The notes under the pieces are model-generated. The model was given only the letters and a program-made list of their open reading frames with translations. It was not told where the DNA came from and searched no databases. A stretch of DNA of 64,000 bases, from contig OZ220694.1 in NCBI GenBank assembly GCA_965116525.1, forward strand, positions 407,490 through 471,489, given 5' to 3'. The position numbers and the translations under genes are program-made. This stretch comes from an uncultured candidatus Porisulfidus sp. Lineage in GTDB: Bacteria; Pseudomonadota; Gammaproteobacteria; Poriferisulfidales; Poriferisulfidaceae. Shown here one piece after another: positions 37,865 through 48,173 of this stretch. Within the stretch, counting starts at the first letter, position 1. Each line of letters opens with the position of its first letter.

Positions 37865-39130
37865 CTACGGCCGGCACGCGAAGTGCCCCCATACCAGCCG
37901 GAGCTTCGCGTGCTGGTAGACCAGCGGGATTCGACCACGGCGCCACGGCGGAACCCCCGCTTCCTGTAGCAGCTTCTTCAATGCGTGGCGATGCTGCCGG
38001 CCTTCGGGCCGGCAGCGTTCCCCGCCCGCACGCAACCGTACCTCGAGATCCGTCCCGACCTCCTCGCCCAGTTGTTCCTGCAGCGACTCCCAGCGTAAAT
38101 CCAGATCCAGCTCCGGCAGCGCCAAGGCTTCCCCTCGGCGCCAACGCCAGCATGCTTCTTCCGGCAGGGCCGGCAGCTGCGGCACCAAGTGCAGGCGACC
38201 GCGCCAGCGGTACATCCGGTAGCCCTCGAAAACATCCCCGAGCACCCGGTCGGCACCCGCGGCATGCACGGAGTGAAGCCACTGCCGAAGCCGCCGCTCG
38301 CCCGGAACCGCAAACCCCTGCCGCGCGATCCAGAACCGCACCAGGTTGACCTGCCGATCCTCGGAAAGCGATGCCAGGAATTCCACCGGGATCGTGTCCT
38401 CAGCGCCCAAGTCCTCCTCGGCACGCTCGCGCAGCAGACGCGCTGCATGCGCATGATGCCGGGCCGAACGGGCCAGCGTGCGCGAGACCGAAGGCCAACG
38501 CGCCTCCAGCAAGGGCAGCATCTCGTGGCGCAGGAAGTTTCGCTCGATTTCGAGATCGAGATTGCTCGGGTCCTCCACGAACTCCAGCCGGTGCGCACGG
38601 GCGTAATCCTCGATCTCCCCGCGCGGTACGTCCAGCAGCGGCCGTACGAGCTTCCCTTCGCCCCAGTCCCGGCAAGGCGGCATGGCGGCAGTCCCGGCCA
38701 CGCCCGAGCCGCGCAACAGTTGCAGCAGCAGCGTCTCCGCCTGGTCGTCCCGATTGTGCGCCAGCAGAACCGCCGTATCGGCCCGCGCATGCGGCTGCAG
38801 TGCCCGATAGCGGATCTCGCGCGCCTGCGCCTCCGGGCCCAGCCCGGGCTCCGGCTCCCCCTCTCGATGCATTCGTTCCAGCGGAATGTCCCACTCGCGG
38901 CAGACCTTCGCGCAGTGCCGCTCAAAATCCTCGGCCGCCGGCTGCAGCCCATGGTTGACGTGCACCGCCCGCAGCTCGTCGCCGCGCTGCGCCGCGAACG
39001 CACGCATGCCATGCAGCAACACGGTGGAGTCCACGCCCCCGCTGTACGCCACGACCCAGGCGCGCACCCCGGGGCAGGTCTCCGGCAGCGCCTCCAGGGC
39101 CTGCGGGATGGAAAACGTCGGCGTCGTCAC
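37865..39130 (-). CDS. tilS: tRNA(Ile)-lysidine synthetase
   Basis: [48 protein letters not shown] and RNFLRH; start probably GTG 39130. Confidence 0.94.
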   Translation of the reverse strand: MTTPTFSIPQALEALPETCPGVRAWVVAYSGGVDSTVLLHGMRAFAAQRGDELRAVHVNHGLQPAAEDFERHCAKVCREWDIPLERMHREGEPEPGLGPEAQAREIRYRALQPHARADTAVLLAHNRDDQAETLLLQLLRGSGVAGTAAMPPCRDWGEGKLVRPLLDVPRGEIEDYARAHRLEFVEDPSNLDLEIERNFLRHEMLPLLEARWPSVSRTLARSARHHAHAARLLRERAEEDLGAEDTIPVEFLASLSEDRQVNLVRFWIARQGFAVPGERRLRQWLHSVHAAGADRVLGDVFEGYRMYRWRGRLHLVPQLPALPEEACWRWRRGEALALPELDLDLRWESLQEQLGEEVGTDLEVRLRAGGERCRPEGRQHRHALKKLLQEAGVPPWRRGRIPLVYQHAKLRLVWGHFACRP

Positions 39131-40083
39131 GTCTGGTACACCCCGACCTGCAACAGCCGCTCCTCCCGGCGCTCGACCAGCACCACCGGATCCATCGCCC
39201 CGAGTTCCGCCAGGCATTTCGTCAGCGCCTGCCCCAGGGCGGCGGACATCGCCTCCACGTCGCGGTGTGCGCCGCCCAGCGGCTCCTCCACGATTTCATC
39301 GATCAGTTCCAGTTCCTTGAGGCGCTTCGACGTCAGCCCCATCGCTTCGGCGGCCTCCTGCGCTTTGTCGGCGCTCTTCCAGAGAATGGACGAGCAGCCT
39401 TCCGGTGAAATCACCGAGTAGATGCTGTACTGCAGCATCATCAGGTGGTCGCAGACCCCGACCGCCAGTGCACCCCCGGATCCGCCCTCGCCGATCACGA
39501 CGCTCACCACCGGGACCCGCAGTTCGGCCATCACCTCCAGGTTGCGCGCGATGGCTTCGCTCTGTCCGCGCTCCTCGGCACCGATTCCAGGATAAGCGCC
39601 CGGCGTGTCGATGAACGTGATCACCGGCATCCGGAACCGTTCGGCCATCTGCATCAGGCGCCGCGCCTTGCGGTAGCCCTCCGGCCGCGGCATGCCGAAG
39701 TTGTGCTCCAGTTTCTCCTTGGTGTCGCGACCCTTCTGGTGCCCGATCACCATCACCGGCATGCCCTCCAGGCGCGCCATGCCGGCCAGGATCGCCCGGT
39801 CGTCCGCATACGCCTGGTCGCCGTGCAGCTCGTGGAACTCGCTGAACAGATGCGGCAGGTAGTCGCGGGTGTAGGGCCGCCGCGGATGGCGGGCCAGCTG
39901 CGTGACCTGCCAGGCCGACAGGCTGGAGAAAATGTCTTCGATCAACACCTTGCGGCGACCTTGAAGGCGTTCGATCTCGGTATCCAGGTCCAGGTCGCTC
40001 TCCGCCCCCATGTGGCGGAGCTCGCGGATCTTGGCCTCCAATTCGGCGACCGGCTGTTCGAAATCTAGAAAATCCGGGTTCAT
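39127..40083 (-). CDS. accA: Acetyl-CoA carboxylase carboxyltransferase alpha
   Basis: [41 protein letters not shown] and GEGGSGGAL. Confidence 0.97.
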   Translation of the reverse strand: MNPDFLDFEQPVAELEAKIRELRHMGAESDLDLDTEIERLQGRRKVLIEDIFSSLSAWQVTQLARHPRRPYTRDYLPHLFSEFHELHGDQAYADDRAILAGMARLEGMPVMVIGHQKGRDTKEKLEHNFGMPRPEGYRKARRLMQMAERFRMPVITFIDTPGAYPGIGAEERGQSEAIARNLEVMAELRVPVVSVVIGEGGSGGALAVGVCDHLMMLQYSIYSVISPEGCSSILWKSADKAQEAAEAMGLTSKRLKELELIDEIVEEPLGGAHRDVEAMSAALGQALTKCLAELGAMDPVVLVERREERLLQVGVYQT

Positions 40084-40095
40084 GGCGTCAGAACA

Positions 40096-43000
40096 TCAAT
40101 GGTCAAATTGCGAGTATAGGACATTTGCCGACTCCACGCCCGGCAGGTCCCTCAACGCCTGCAGCGTGTTCTCGTCCGCGGAGACCTTCCAGTCTTCGTC
40201 CAGTACCCAGCGGCTTCGGCCCCCTTGCCCCGTATGCTGGACGCTCACCTCGCAGCCGCCCCGGTGATCAGCCAGCACCTGCTTGATGGCGTGCACCGTG
40301 TCCGGACCACTGTCACCGTTGAGCACGATTTCCACCCGTTCCGCCCTCTGCCGGCTCATCTGGTCCAACGTGTAGAGCAGCTTCGCCCGGATCCGCAGAC
40401 GCTCGTTGCGCTCCGCCTTCGGCTGCACCCGGACCTCGCCCTCCACCAGCATCAGGTCCCCGACCTCGAAATCCCTCGCCCGCTCCGGCTCCTGCGCGAC
40501 GACCTCCAGCCGCTCCTTGTCGTCCTCGAGATCGATGAACGCCACCTCGCCGTTTCTCGGGTAGCCGATCTTCATCACCACCCCGGCGGTGCACACTTTC
40601 CATGCCCGGCCGTATTTGGAACCCATCGCGGCCTCGGCATCCTTCCGCACCTGGGACAGCGACTGCGTCCCCATCTGCTTCATTTGCGCCTGGTATTGCA
40701 AGAACGGATGCCCGCTGAAGAAGAAGCCCAGGGCCTCGAATTCGTGCGTCAGCCGCTCAACCGCCTCGTATTCCTGCTCGTCCTGCGGCATCGCGCAGAA
40801 CTCCGCCGCCGTCTCCTGCGCGAACAACGAATCCTGCCCCATGCTGCGGTCCAACTGGACCCGCTGGGCCTGAACCTTGATCCGGCCCGCCGTCTCCGCC
40901 ATCGCCCGCCGGCTCGCGCCGAAGCCGTCCAATGCGCCGGCATGGATCAGCGCACGCAGGTCCCGTTCGCTGTAGTCGCGGGCATCCAGACGGTGGCACA
41001 GGTCCTCCAGACCGGTGAACGGCGCCGACTCGCGCTCCTCCATCAGGCGCGCCACCAGGCCCTGTCCGACCCCCTTGATCGCGCCCAGCCCGTAGCGGAC
41101 CTCGCCTTCCCCCGGCACCGTGAAGTAATAGTCGGACTCGTTGACGTCCGGCCCTTTCAGCGTCAGTTTGAGCGTACGCGCCTCCTTGCACAGCAGCGCC
41201 AGCTTGTCGGTGTCGTCGCTCTCGCTGGACATCGCCGCCGCCATGAACGCATCCGGGTAGTGCGTCTTGAACCAGGCGGTCTGGTATGCCAGCAGCGCAT
41301 ACGCGACCGAGTGCGACTTGTTGAATCCGTATTCCGCGAACTCCTTCATCAGGTCGAAGACCTTCTTCGCCTCGTAAGGCGCCAGGCCGTGCTGGACCGC
41401 CCCCTGCTGGAAGCGCTCGGCATGCTCCGCCATCTCCTCCGGCTTCTTCTTGCCCATCGCGCGGCGCAGCAGGTCGGTATCGCCGAGCGAGTAGCCGGCC
41501 AGCTCGCGCGCCAGCTGCATCACCTGCTCCTGGTACAGGATCACCCCGAAGGTCGGCGCCAGGATCGGTTCCATGTCCGGGTGCAGGTAACTGATCCGGC
41601 CCGGGTTGCGCTTGCACTGGATGTATTCCACGTCCATCTTCGAGTTGAGCGGGCCCGGGCGGTACAGCGCCACCAGCGCCACCAGGTCGTCGAAGCAGTC
41701 CGGTTCCATCCGCATCAGCAAATCGCGCATCCCGTCCGACTCCAGCTGGAACACCTCCATGGTCTGCGCCCGTTGCAGCAACGCATAGGTTTCCTTGTCG
41801 TCCAGCGGCAGCGTGTCCAAGTCCAGGGCCGGCTCCCCGCGCGATTCGAGGCGCGCATTGACCGTGCCCAGGCACTGGTCCAGCAGCGTCACCGTGCGCA
41901 GGCCGAGGAAATCGAACTTGGTCAGGCCGATCGTCTCGACATCCTTCATGTCGAACTGGGTGATCGCCACCTCGGGATGCCGGGCCTCGAAGTACAGCGG
42001 CGTGTAGTCGGTCAGCGCGCCCGGCGCGATCACCACCCCGGCGGCGTGCCGCGAAGCGTTGCGCACCACGCCCTCCAGCTGCAATGCCACTTCGTACAGG
42101 TGCGCGCCGGTCGTGTCCTCCGGGTGGCTGACCAGCTCCCGGAACTCCGGCGAGTCCTGGTAGGCTTTCTCAAGGGTGATGCCCAGCTCGTTCGGCACCG
42201 CGCGCGCGATGCGGTCGCAGTAGTTGTACGGCGCACCGAGCGCACGCCCGACGTCGCGGATCGCCGCCTTGGCCGCCATCGTGCCGTAGGTGATGATCTG
42301 CGCCACGCTTTCCTCTCCATAACGCTTGCGTACGTATTCGATCACCCGGTCCCGGTTCCGGTTGCAGAAATCGATGTCGAAGTCCGGCATGCTGATGCGC
42401 TCGGGGTTCAGGAAACGCTCGAACAACAGTCCGTAGCGCAACGGATCCAGGCCGGTGATGGCGAGGGAATAGGCCACCAGCGAGCCCGCGCCGGAGCCGC
42501 GGCCGGGGCCGACCGGAATGTCGTTGTCGCGCGCCCACTGCACGAAATCCGCGACGATCACGAAGTAGCCGCTGAAGCCGGTCTCGTGGATCACCCCGAG
42601 CTCATGCTCGAGCCGCTGCCGGTAGTCGGACTCTCCTCCCACCATCTGTCCGCTGGCCTCGAGACGCTCCAGGCGGTGGGTCAGGCCCTCGTTCGCCCGC
42701 CGGTCCAGGTAGTCGTCCATGGACTCTCCTTCCGGGGTCGGATAGGCGGGCAGCAGCGTCCGCCCCAGGTCCAACTGGCAGTTGCAGCGCAAGGCGATCT
42801 GTTCGGCGTTGTCGATCGCCTGCGGATAACTCTCGAACACCTCCCGCATCATGCTCTCGGAACGCAAGTGCTGCTCCTTGCTGTATTCGCGCGCCCGGTC
42901 CGGATCGTTGACGCGGTTCTGGCTGCGGATGCACACGCGCACCTCGTGCGCCTCGAATTCCTCGCTGGCCAGGAACCGCACGTCGTTGGTCGCGACCATC

Positions 43001-43563
43001 GGCAATTCATGCAGGTGCGCGCACTCCGCCGCGAACTGCAGGAAGTCCATTTCGTGCTCCCGGTCGGTCTTGGTGACCTCCAGGTAGAAGCGGTCCGGGA
43101 AGTGACGCTTCCAGTACTCCAGCGCCGCCTTCGCGGCCCGGCGGTTCTCGGCGAGCATGGCCTGGCCCAAGTCCCCGGCCACGCCGCCAGACAGCACGAT
43201 CAGGCCCTTGCCGTGCTTCGCCAGGTCCTGGCGCAGGATATGGTCCTGCCCCCGCCGGTAGCGGTCGCTCAGCAGCTGGCAGAGATTCCGGTAACCGTCA
43301 TTGTCCTGGCACAGCAGCACCACCCGGGCGGAGCGGTCGTGCATCACCGGCATTTCGAGGTCGATCTCCGCGCCCAGGATCGGCTTCACGCCGTAGCGCA
43401 GCGCCGCACGGTAGAACTTGACCGCCGCGAACAGGTTGTTTCGGTCGGTCAGGGCGACCGCCGGCATGTCCAGCCCCGCCACCTGCTTCATCAGCGGCTC
43501 AATGCGCACCAGCCCGTCGTCCAGCGAATACTCGGTGTGCAGGTGCAGGTGGACGAAGCTCAT
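40096..43563 (-). CDS. dnaE: DNA polymerase III alpha subunit
   Basis: FVHLHLHTEYSL.DG, GPGRGSGAGSLVAY, FERFLNPER.SMPDFDIDF, KFDFLGL and FNKSHS; about 1155 aa from the ATG at 43563. Confidence 0.98.
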   Translation of the reverse strand: MSFVHLHLHTEYSLDDGLVRIEPLMKQVAGLDMPAVALTDRNNLFAAVKFYRAALRYGVKPILGAEIDLEMPVMHDRSARVVLLCQDNDGYRNLCQLLSDRYRRGQDHILRQDLAKHGKGLIVLSGGVAGDLGQAMLAENRRAAKAALEYWKRHFPDRFYLEVTKTDREHEMDFLQFAAECAHLHELPMVATNDVRFLASEEFEAHEVRVCIRSQNRVNDPDRAREYSKEQHLRSESMMREVFESYPQAIDNAEQIALRCNCQLDLGRTLLPAYPTPEGESMDDYLDRRANEGLTHRLERLEASGQMVGGESDYRQRLEHELGVIHETGFSGYFVIVADFVQWARDNDIPVGPGRGSGAGSLVAYSLAITGLDPLRYGLLFERFLNPERISMPDFDIDFCNRNRDRVIEYVRKRYGEESVAQIITYGTMAAKAAIRDVGRALGAPYNYCDRIARAVPNELGITLEKAYQDSPEFRELVSHPEDTTGAHLYEVALQLEGVVRNASRHAAGVVIAPGALTDYTPLYFEARHPEVAITQFDMKDVETIGLTKFDFLGLRTVTLLDQCLGTVNARLESRGEPALDLDTLPLDDKETYALLQRAQTMEVFQLESDGMRDLLMRMEPDCFDDLVALVALYRPGPLNSKMDVEYIQCKRNPGRISYLHPDMEPILAPTFGVILYQEQVMQLARELAGYSLGDTDLLRRAMGKKKPEEMAEHAERFQQGAVQHGLAPYEAKKVFDLMKEFAEYGFNKSHSVAYALLAYQTAWFKTHYPDAFMAAAMSSESDDTDKLALLCKEARTLKLTLKGPDVNESDYYFTVPGEGEVRYGLGAIKGVGQGLVARLMEERESAPFTGLEDLCHRLDARDYSERDLRALIHAGALDGFGASRRAMAETAGRIKVQAQRVQLDRSMGQDSLFAQETAAEFCAMPQDEQEYEAVERLTHEFEALGFFFSGHPFLQYQAQMKQMGTQSLSQVRKDAEAAMGSKYGRAWKVCTAGVVMKIGYPRNGEVAFIDLEDDKERLEVVAQEPERARDFEVGDLMLVEGEVRVQPKAERNERLRIRAKLLYTLDQMSRQRAERVEIVLNGDSGPDTVHAIKQVLADHRGGCEVSVQHTGQGGRSRWVLDEDWKVSADENTLQALRDLPGVESANVLYSQFDH

Positions 43564-44174
43564 GCCGCCTGCTCCGCAAGTACCGCACGCACCGGCGCGT
43601 AACTCAGCCGGTGCTGCTGCCCGGGGCCGTGCTCGGACAGGGCTCGCAGGTGTTCCGCCGAAGGGTAGCCCTTGTGCCGGGCAAAGCGGTAACACGGCTC
43701 CTGCACGTCGCAGTAGCGCATCCAGGCATCTCGCGCTTCCTTGGCGAGCACCGACGCCGCGCTGATGCTGTCCACCCGGGCGTCCCCGCCGATCACCGCC
43801 GTCGCCGGATGCGGCAATTCCGGGCAGTGCCGGCCGTCCACCAGCACGTGCTCGACCCCGTCCGGCAGCCGGGCAACCGCTTCCGCCATCGCCTGCAGGC
43901 TCGCCTGCAGGATATTGATGCGGTCGATCTCCTGCGCCGGCACGAACGCCACCGCATAAGCCCAGGCGCAGGCCCGGATCTGCACCGCCAGACGCGCCCG
44001 CTGCGCCGGCGTCAGTTTCTTGGAATCGGTCAGCCCCTGGATACGGCAATCCCGCGGCAGCACCACGGCGGCCGCGGCCACCGGGCCGGCCAGCGCGCCC
44101 CGCCCCGCCTCATCCACCCCCGCGATGCAGCCGAGATCCGGCAGGGGCGGCAGCAGTTCCGGGGTGTCAGGCAT
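43560..44174 (-). CDS. rnhB: Ribonuclease HII
   Basis: GVDEAGRG.LAGPV, DSKKL, VDG, ISAASVLAK..RD and HKGYP. Confidence 0.95.
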   Translation of the reverse strand: MPDTPELLPPLPDLGCIAGVDEAGRGALAGPVAAAAVVLPRDCRIQGLTDSKKLTPAQRARLAVQIRACAWAYAVAFVPAQEIDRINILQASLQAMAEAVARLPDGVEHVLVDGRHCPELPHPATAVIGGDARVDSISAASVLAKEARDAWMRYCDVQEPCYRFARHKGYPSAEHLRALSEHGPGQQHRLSYAPVRAVLAEQAA

Positions 44175-44222
44175 CAGCAGGGTCGGGAAAGGTCAAAAAG
44201 TGAAATCAAGGCCGCAAGCGGC

Positions 44223-44273
44223 ATTGTACCCAAGGCCGGGATTCGCTCCGTGCAAAGCTTCGCGGGCTATAAT
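44223..44273. promoter_or_regulatory. Divergent -10 elements in the rnhB/gnnA intergenic region
   Basis: TACAAT on the minus strand (44223-44228) and TATAAT on the plus strand (44268-44273). Confidence 0.35.
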
Positions 44274-44311
44274 TTCGGGTTGCACCGCACCATCAGACCG
44301 TCTTCCTTACA

Positions 44312-45259
44312 GTGAGCTCCCCGCTTCGTACCGCCGTCATCGGAGTTGGCTACCTGGGACGGTTTCATGCACAGAAATACGCCGCGCTCCATGACTGCGA
44401 ACTGATCGGCGTCGTGGATCCCGACCCCGAACGCCTTGCGGCCGCCTGCGAGGAACTCGACGTGCCCGGCTTTGCCAGCCACCGCGAAATCCTGGGCCAG
44501 GTGGACGCGGTCAGCATCGTCGTGCCCACCGCAAAACACTACGAGATCACCCGGGCCTGCCTGGAGGCCGGCTGCCACGTGCTGGTCGAAAAACCCTTCA
44601 CCTCCTCGGTCGAGGAAGCCGCCGAACTGATCGATCTGGCCCGCGAGAAGGAACGCATCATCCAGGTCGGCCTGCTGGAGCGGTTCAACTCGGCCTTCTG
44701 CGCCCTGATGCAGGGGCTGGAGACCCCCCGCTTCATCGAAGTCCACCGCCTGGCGCCCTGGAACCCGCGCGGCGCCGAGATCGACGTGACCCTGGACCTC
44801 ATGATCCACGACATCGACCTGGCCCTGACCGTGGTCGGCGAGGATCCCCATGAAATCCGCGCCAGCGGCACCGCCGTGATCGGCGACACCCTGGACATCG
44901 CAAACGCCCGGCTCGAATTCCCCGGCGGCTGCGTCGCCAACGTCACCGCCAGCCGCCTGAGCCGCCGCAGCGAGCGGCGGATGCGCGTGTTTCAGCACCA
45001 CTCCTGCTACGCCCTGGACCTGAACAAGCGGGAACTGGACCGCTATCTCCTGCGCGAGGGCGACGGGCCTCCTTCGGAGCGCATCGAACACGCGACCGAA
45101 GCCTTCCAGGAGACCGATTCCCTGCGCGAGGAAATCCACCACTTCGTCAACTGCATCCGGCAGGGCACCGAGCCCATGATCCGGGGAGAGGACGGCCTGC
45201 GCGCCCTGCGCACCGCGCTGGAAGTCACCCAATGCATGCGGGAGGGAAACGCCCCATGA
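44312..45259 (+). CDS. gnnA: Gfo/Idh/MocA oxidoreductase, GnnA-like (UDP-GlcNAc 3-dehydrogenase)
   Basis: AVIGVGYLGRFHAQKY, LVEKP, QVGLLERFN and DLMIHDID; directly upstream of a DegT aminotransferase and lpxB. Confidence 0.72.
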   Translation: MSSPLRTAVIGVGYLGRFHAQKYAALHDCELIGVVDPDPERLAAACEELDVPGFASHREILGQVDAVSIVVPTAKHYEITRACLEAGCHVLVEKPFTSSVEEAAELIDLAREKERIIQVGLLERFNSAFCALMQGLETPRFIEVHRLAPWNPRGAEIDVTLDLMIHDIDLALTVVGEDPHEIRASGTAVIGDTLDIANARLEFPGGCVANVTASRLSRRSERRMRVFQHHSCYALDLNKRELDRYLLREGDGPPSERIEHATEAFQETDSLREEIHHFVNCIRQGTEPMIRGEDGLRALRTALEVTQCMREGNAP

Positions 45260-46353
45260 GCGTGACCATTCCCATCCTGGACCTGACCGCGCAGTACACG
45301 GCCCTGCAGGAGGAAATCGAGGCCGCTGCCGTGCGCGTGCTGCGCAGCGGGCGCTACGTGCTCGGCCCGGAGGTCGAGGCCCTGGAAGCGGAACTCGGCG
45401 CAATGCTCGGCCTCGGCAATGTGATCAGCTGCGCCTCCGGCACGGACGCGCTCTGCCTGGCCCTGCGCGCACTGGGCATCGGCCCCGGCGACGAGGTCCT
45501 GGTACCGTCCTTCACCTTCGCCGCTTCGGCCGAAGCCGCCGCCCTGGCCGGCGCCCGCCCGGTGTTCGTGGACATCGACCCCGATACCTTCCTGATCGAC
45601 CCCGAATCGTGCCGGGCTGCCGTCACGGACCGCACCCGCGCGGTCGTCGTGGTGCACCTGTTCGGCCGGCCCGCCAATGTCGCCGCCGTGCAGGAGGCGG
45701 TCGGGCCGGAAGTCCCCATCGTCGAGGACTGCGCGCAGAGTTTCGGGGCGAAAACTGCGGGACAGGCCACCGGCACCTTCGGGCAGGTTGCCTCCTTCAG
45801 CTTCTTCCCCAGCAAGAACCTGGGCGCCTGCGGCGACGGCGGCGCCGTGGCGACCGACGATCCCGAACTCGCCGAACGATTGCGCGCCCTGCGCAACCAT
45901 GGATCCCGCCAGGCCTACCACCACGAGACCCTGGGCCTGAACAGCCGGCTGGACGAACTTCAGGCCGCCATCCTGCGCGTCAAGCTTCCGCGCATCACCG
46001 AATGGAACAACAAGCGACGGCTGCTCGCGGAGCGCTACACCGAAATGCTCCGGCAACAGGAAGGAATCCGTGCGCCCGAGAGCGTGGAAGGCCACGTCTG
46101 GCACCAATACACCCTGCTGAGCCCCCGGCGCGACGCCCTTCAGGAACAACTGGCTGAAGACGGCGTGGAAAGCCGGGTCTACTACCCGATCCCCCTGCAC
46201 CGGCAGGAAGCCTACGCGCAATGGGCCTCCGGGGTCTCGCTCCCGGTCACCGAGCAGGTCTGCCGGCAGTGCCTGTCGCTGCCCATGTTTCCCGAGCTCC
46301 ATCCCGCCCTCGTCGAGCGGATCTGCGCCAGCATCGCCCGTGCCCACACCTGA
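45256..46353 (+). CDS. gnnB: DegT/DnrJ/EryC1/StrS aminotransferase, GnnB-like
   Basis: SGTDAL..AL.ALGIGPGDEV, EDCAQSFG, SFFPSKNLG..GDGG and NSRLDELQAA; ATGA-coupled to gnnA. Confidence 0.72.
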   Translation: MSVTIPILDLTAQYTALQEEIEAAAVRVLRSGRYVLGPEVEALEAELGAMLGLGNVISCASGTDALCLALRALGIGPGDEVLVPSFTFAASAEAAALAGARPVFVDIDPDTFLIDPESCRAAVTDRTRAVVVVHLFGRPANVAAVQEAVGPEVPIVEDCAQSFGAKTAGQATGTFGQVASFSFFPSKNLGACGDGGAVATDDPELAERLRALRNHGSRQAYHHETLGLNSRLDELQAAILRVKLPRITEWNNKRRLLAERYTEMLRQQEGIRAPESVEGHVWHQYTLLSPRRDALQEQLAEDGVESRVYYPIPLHRQEAYAQWASGVSLPVTEQVCRQCLSLPMFPELHPALVERICASIARAHT

Positions 46354-47494
46354 GGCGGCCGCACATCTGATGCTGGTTTCCGGAGAGGCCTCCGGGGACC
46401 GATACGCGGCGGAACTGGTCGAAGAGATCCGTGCCCGGCATCCCGCATGGACCTATTCCGGCATGGGCGGCGAAGCCTCGCGCACGGCCGGCATCGAACT
46501 GATCGTCGACTCCACCGGACTGGCGGTGGTCGGGCTGGTGGAGGTCCTGCGCCACTACCGGGAGATCCGCAACGCGCTAAAAACCCTGAAAGCGAAGGTT
46601 CGCGCCCGGCATCCGGCGCTGTTGGTGCTCGTCGACTATCCGGAATTCAACCTCAGGCTCGCCCGCTTCGCGCATCGGCACGGGGTGCCGGTGCTGTTCT
46701 ACATCAGCCCGCAGATCTGGGCCTGGCGCGCCTGGCGGGTGCGCGAAATCCGCCGCCACGTCGACCACATGGCGGTGGTCTTCCCGTTCGAACGCGACTT
46801 CTACGAAGAACACAACGTGCCCGTCACCTATGTCGGCCACCCCCTGCGCGGGCAGACCAGCCCGGCGCAACCGCCCGATGCCGTCCGCGAGCGATGGGGA
46901 CTGGACGCGCAGTGCCCGGTAATCGGCCTGTTCCCCGGCTCCCGGCGCAGTGAACTGGCGCACCTGATGCCGGTCTGTGCCGGAGCGGTGCGGCAGCTGC
47001 AGGATCATCCCGCCCGACCGCAATTCGCGCTGGTGATGGCTCCTGGACTGAAACCGGACGACTACGCCCCGTGGCTGGCCGATCTGCCCGAGGTGAAATG
47101 CCTGCAGGAACCCATCTACGATGCCATGCAGGTGTGCGACATGGCGGTGGCGGCCTCCGGCACGGTGACCCTGCAACTGGCCCTGATGCGCGTACCGTTC
47201 TGCATGATTTACCGCCTTGCGGGCCTGAGTTATGCGCTGGCGCGCCTGCTGGTTCGCATTGACCGGTACTGCCTCGCGAACATCGTCGCGGGCGAAGACC
47301 TGGTGACCGAGTTGATCCAGGCCGATGCGACCCCTCGAAAGGTTGCGGACGCTCTCACGCCGTGGCTGGACGAACCGGCCCGGCTCGATCAGATGCGTAC
47401 ACGGTTGCAGGTGGTTGAGGAACGGCTAGGACCACCGGCCGGCATGGGCCAGCTAGCCGATTGCGCAGAAAAAGTGATCTCGACTCCCGGGTGA
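46340..47494 (+). CDS. lpxB: Lipid-A-disaccharide synthase
   Basis: SGEASGD, VDYPEFN, YISPQIWAWR, FPFE..FY, YVGHPL, PGSR.SE, SGTVTL and EL.QADAT. Confidence 0.95.
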   Translation: MPTPEAAAHLMLVSGEASGDRYAAELVEEIRARHPAWTYSGMGGEASRTAGIELIVDSTGLAVVGLVEVLRHYREIRNALKTLKAKVRARHPALLVLVDYPEFNLRLARFAHRHGVPVLFYISPQIWAWRAWRVREIRRHVDHMAVVFPFERDFYEEHNVPVTYVGHPLRGQTSPAQPPDAVRERWGLDAQCPVIGLFPGSRRSELAHLMPVCAGAVRQLQDHPARPQFALVMAPGLKPDDYAPWLADLPEVKCLQEPIYDAMQVCDMAVAASGTVTLQLALMRVPFCMIYRLAGLSYALARLLVRIDRYCLANIVAGEDLVTELIQADATPRKVADALTPWLDEPARLDQMRTRLQVVEERLGPPAGMGQLADCAEKVISTPG

Positions 47495-47560
47495 TACCCG
47501 TCGGCGCAAAAGCCAAGTGCCTCACAGACGAGGCGAGCCGTTATTGAGTGAGGCTTATGA

Positions 47561-47893
47561 CTAAATCGCAGGCTCGTCTTTGCCCAAATCGGCAATGCCA
47601 GCCAACTTGACCGGGGGGCGATCAGGGAACTTCGCGACGAGGCTCAACTGTCCACCCAAAGCTTCGACATGCCGCCTCAGCGTCGAGATCAGCAGATCGC
47701 TGCGCTTTTCGATACGCGAGACACTTTCCTGAGTAATTCCGAGTTCCTTAGCGATGCACGCCTGTGTCTGCTCCCGAACCTTACGCAGGTCCCGCAACGA
47801 CATGATTTCAGCAATCAGCTCTTCCGACCGCTTATCGATTCCCCTGCGGCGCTTGGCAGGAAGTTCAGCCATTACTTCATTCAATGTCTTCAT
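47561..47893 (-). CDS. XRE-family HTH protein, HigA-like antitoxin
   Basis: LRDLRK....TQ..IAKELGITQ.SVSRIEKRSDL.ISTLR.HVEALGG.L.LVA.FPDR..V.L. Confidence 0.85.
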   Translation of the reverse strand: MKTLNEVMAELPAKRRRGIDKRSEELIAEIMSLRDLRKVREQTQACIAKELGITQESVSRIEKRSDLLISTLRRHVEALGGQLSLVAKFPDRPPVKLAGIADLGKDEPAI

Positions 47894-48144
47894 TGTTTGG
47901 TGGCTCCCGACGCCATCTCGAAAGTGGCCAACTCCCGAGTGGCTTCATTAATGACAGGATTTTGCATTTGGGATTGCAGGTCGGGTGCGGATTGCCGGGT
48001 CACGAACCCCTCCATCAGACCCTCAAGCCTTGCCATACGTTCGCGAAGGTCGGCAACGTCATTGTGCAGGCTCCAAAGGAAAGCGAGAGCCGCAACGCCC
48101 ACTCCTATGATTGCCCAGAATTCGGCACCGGTTTTTTCGCCCAT
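47890..48144 (-). CDS. 84-aa single-TM/coiled-coil hypothetical protein, ATGA-coupled to the HigA-like gene
   Basis: FWAIIGVGVAALAFLWSLHNDVADLRERMARLEGLMEGFVTR; GAGGT Shine-Dalgarno; paralogue of 9655..9825. Confidence 0.75.
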   Translation of the reverse strand: MGEKTGAEFWAIIGVGVAALAFLWSLHNDVADLRERMARLEGLMEGFVTRQSAPDLQSQMQNPVINEATRELATFEMASGATKQ

Positions 48145-48173
48145 GGGGACTACCTCGTCCTATCTAACCAAAA

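Noticed and set aside
40225-43602. 1125-aa plus-strand ORF, and similar long ORFs such as 8104-8598, 9815-11356, 13724-16060, 31595-33550, 52058-53623 and 62269-63981
   Set aside because: These are antisense or alternate-frame shadows of well-supported genes (dnaE, lepA, mucD, nadB, ptsI, bamA, glnD), expected in high-GC DNA. They are Arg/Pro/Gly/His-rich and carry no motifs.
43564-44049. Extended N-terminus of the dnaE ORF (1317 aa), suggesting an extra domain or intein
   Set aside because: The true start is MSFVHLHLH at 43563 and the upstream part overlaps rnhB. The remaining ~1155 aa is normal length with no intein motifs.
44175-47560. Invertase-type inverted repeats flanking gnnAB-lpxB
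   Set aside because: There is no convincing inverted repeat between 44175-44311 and 47495-47560, and no recombinase nearby.
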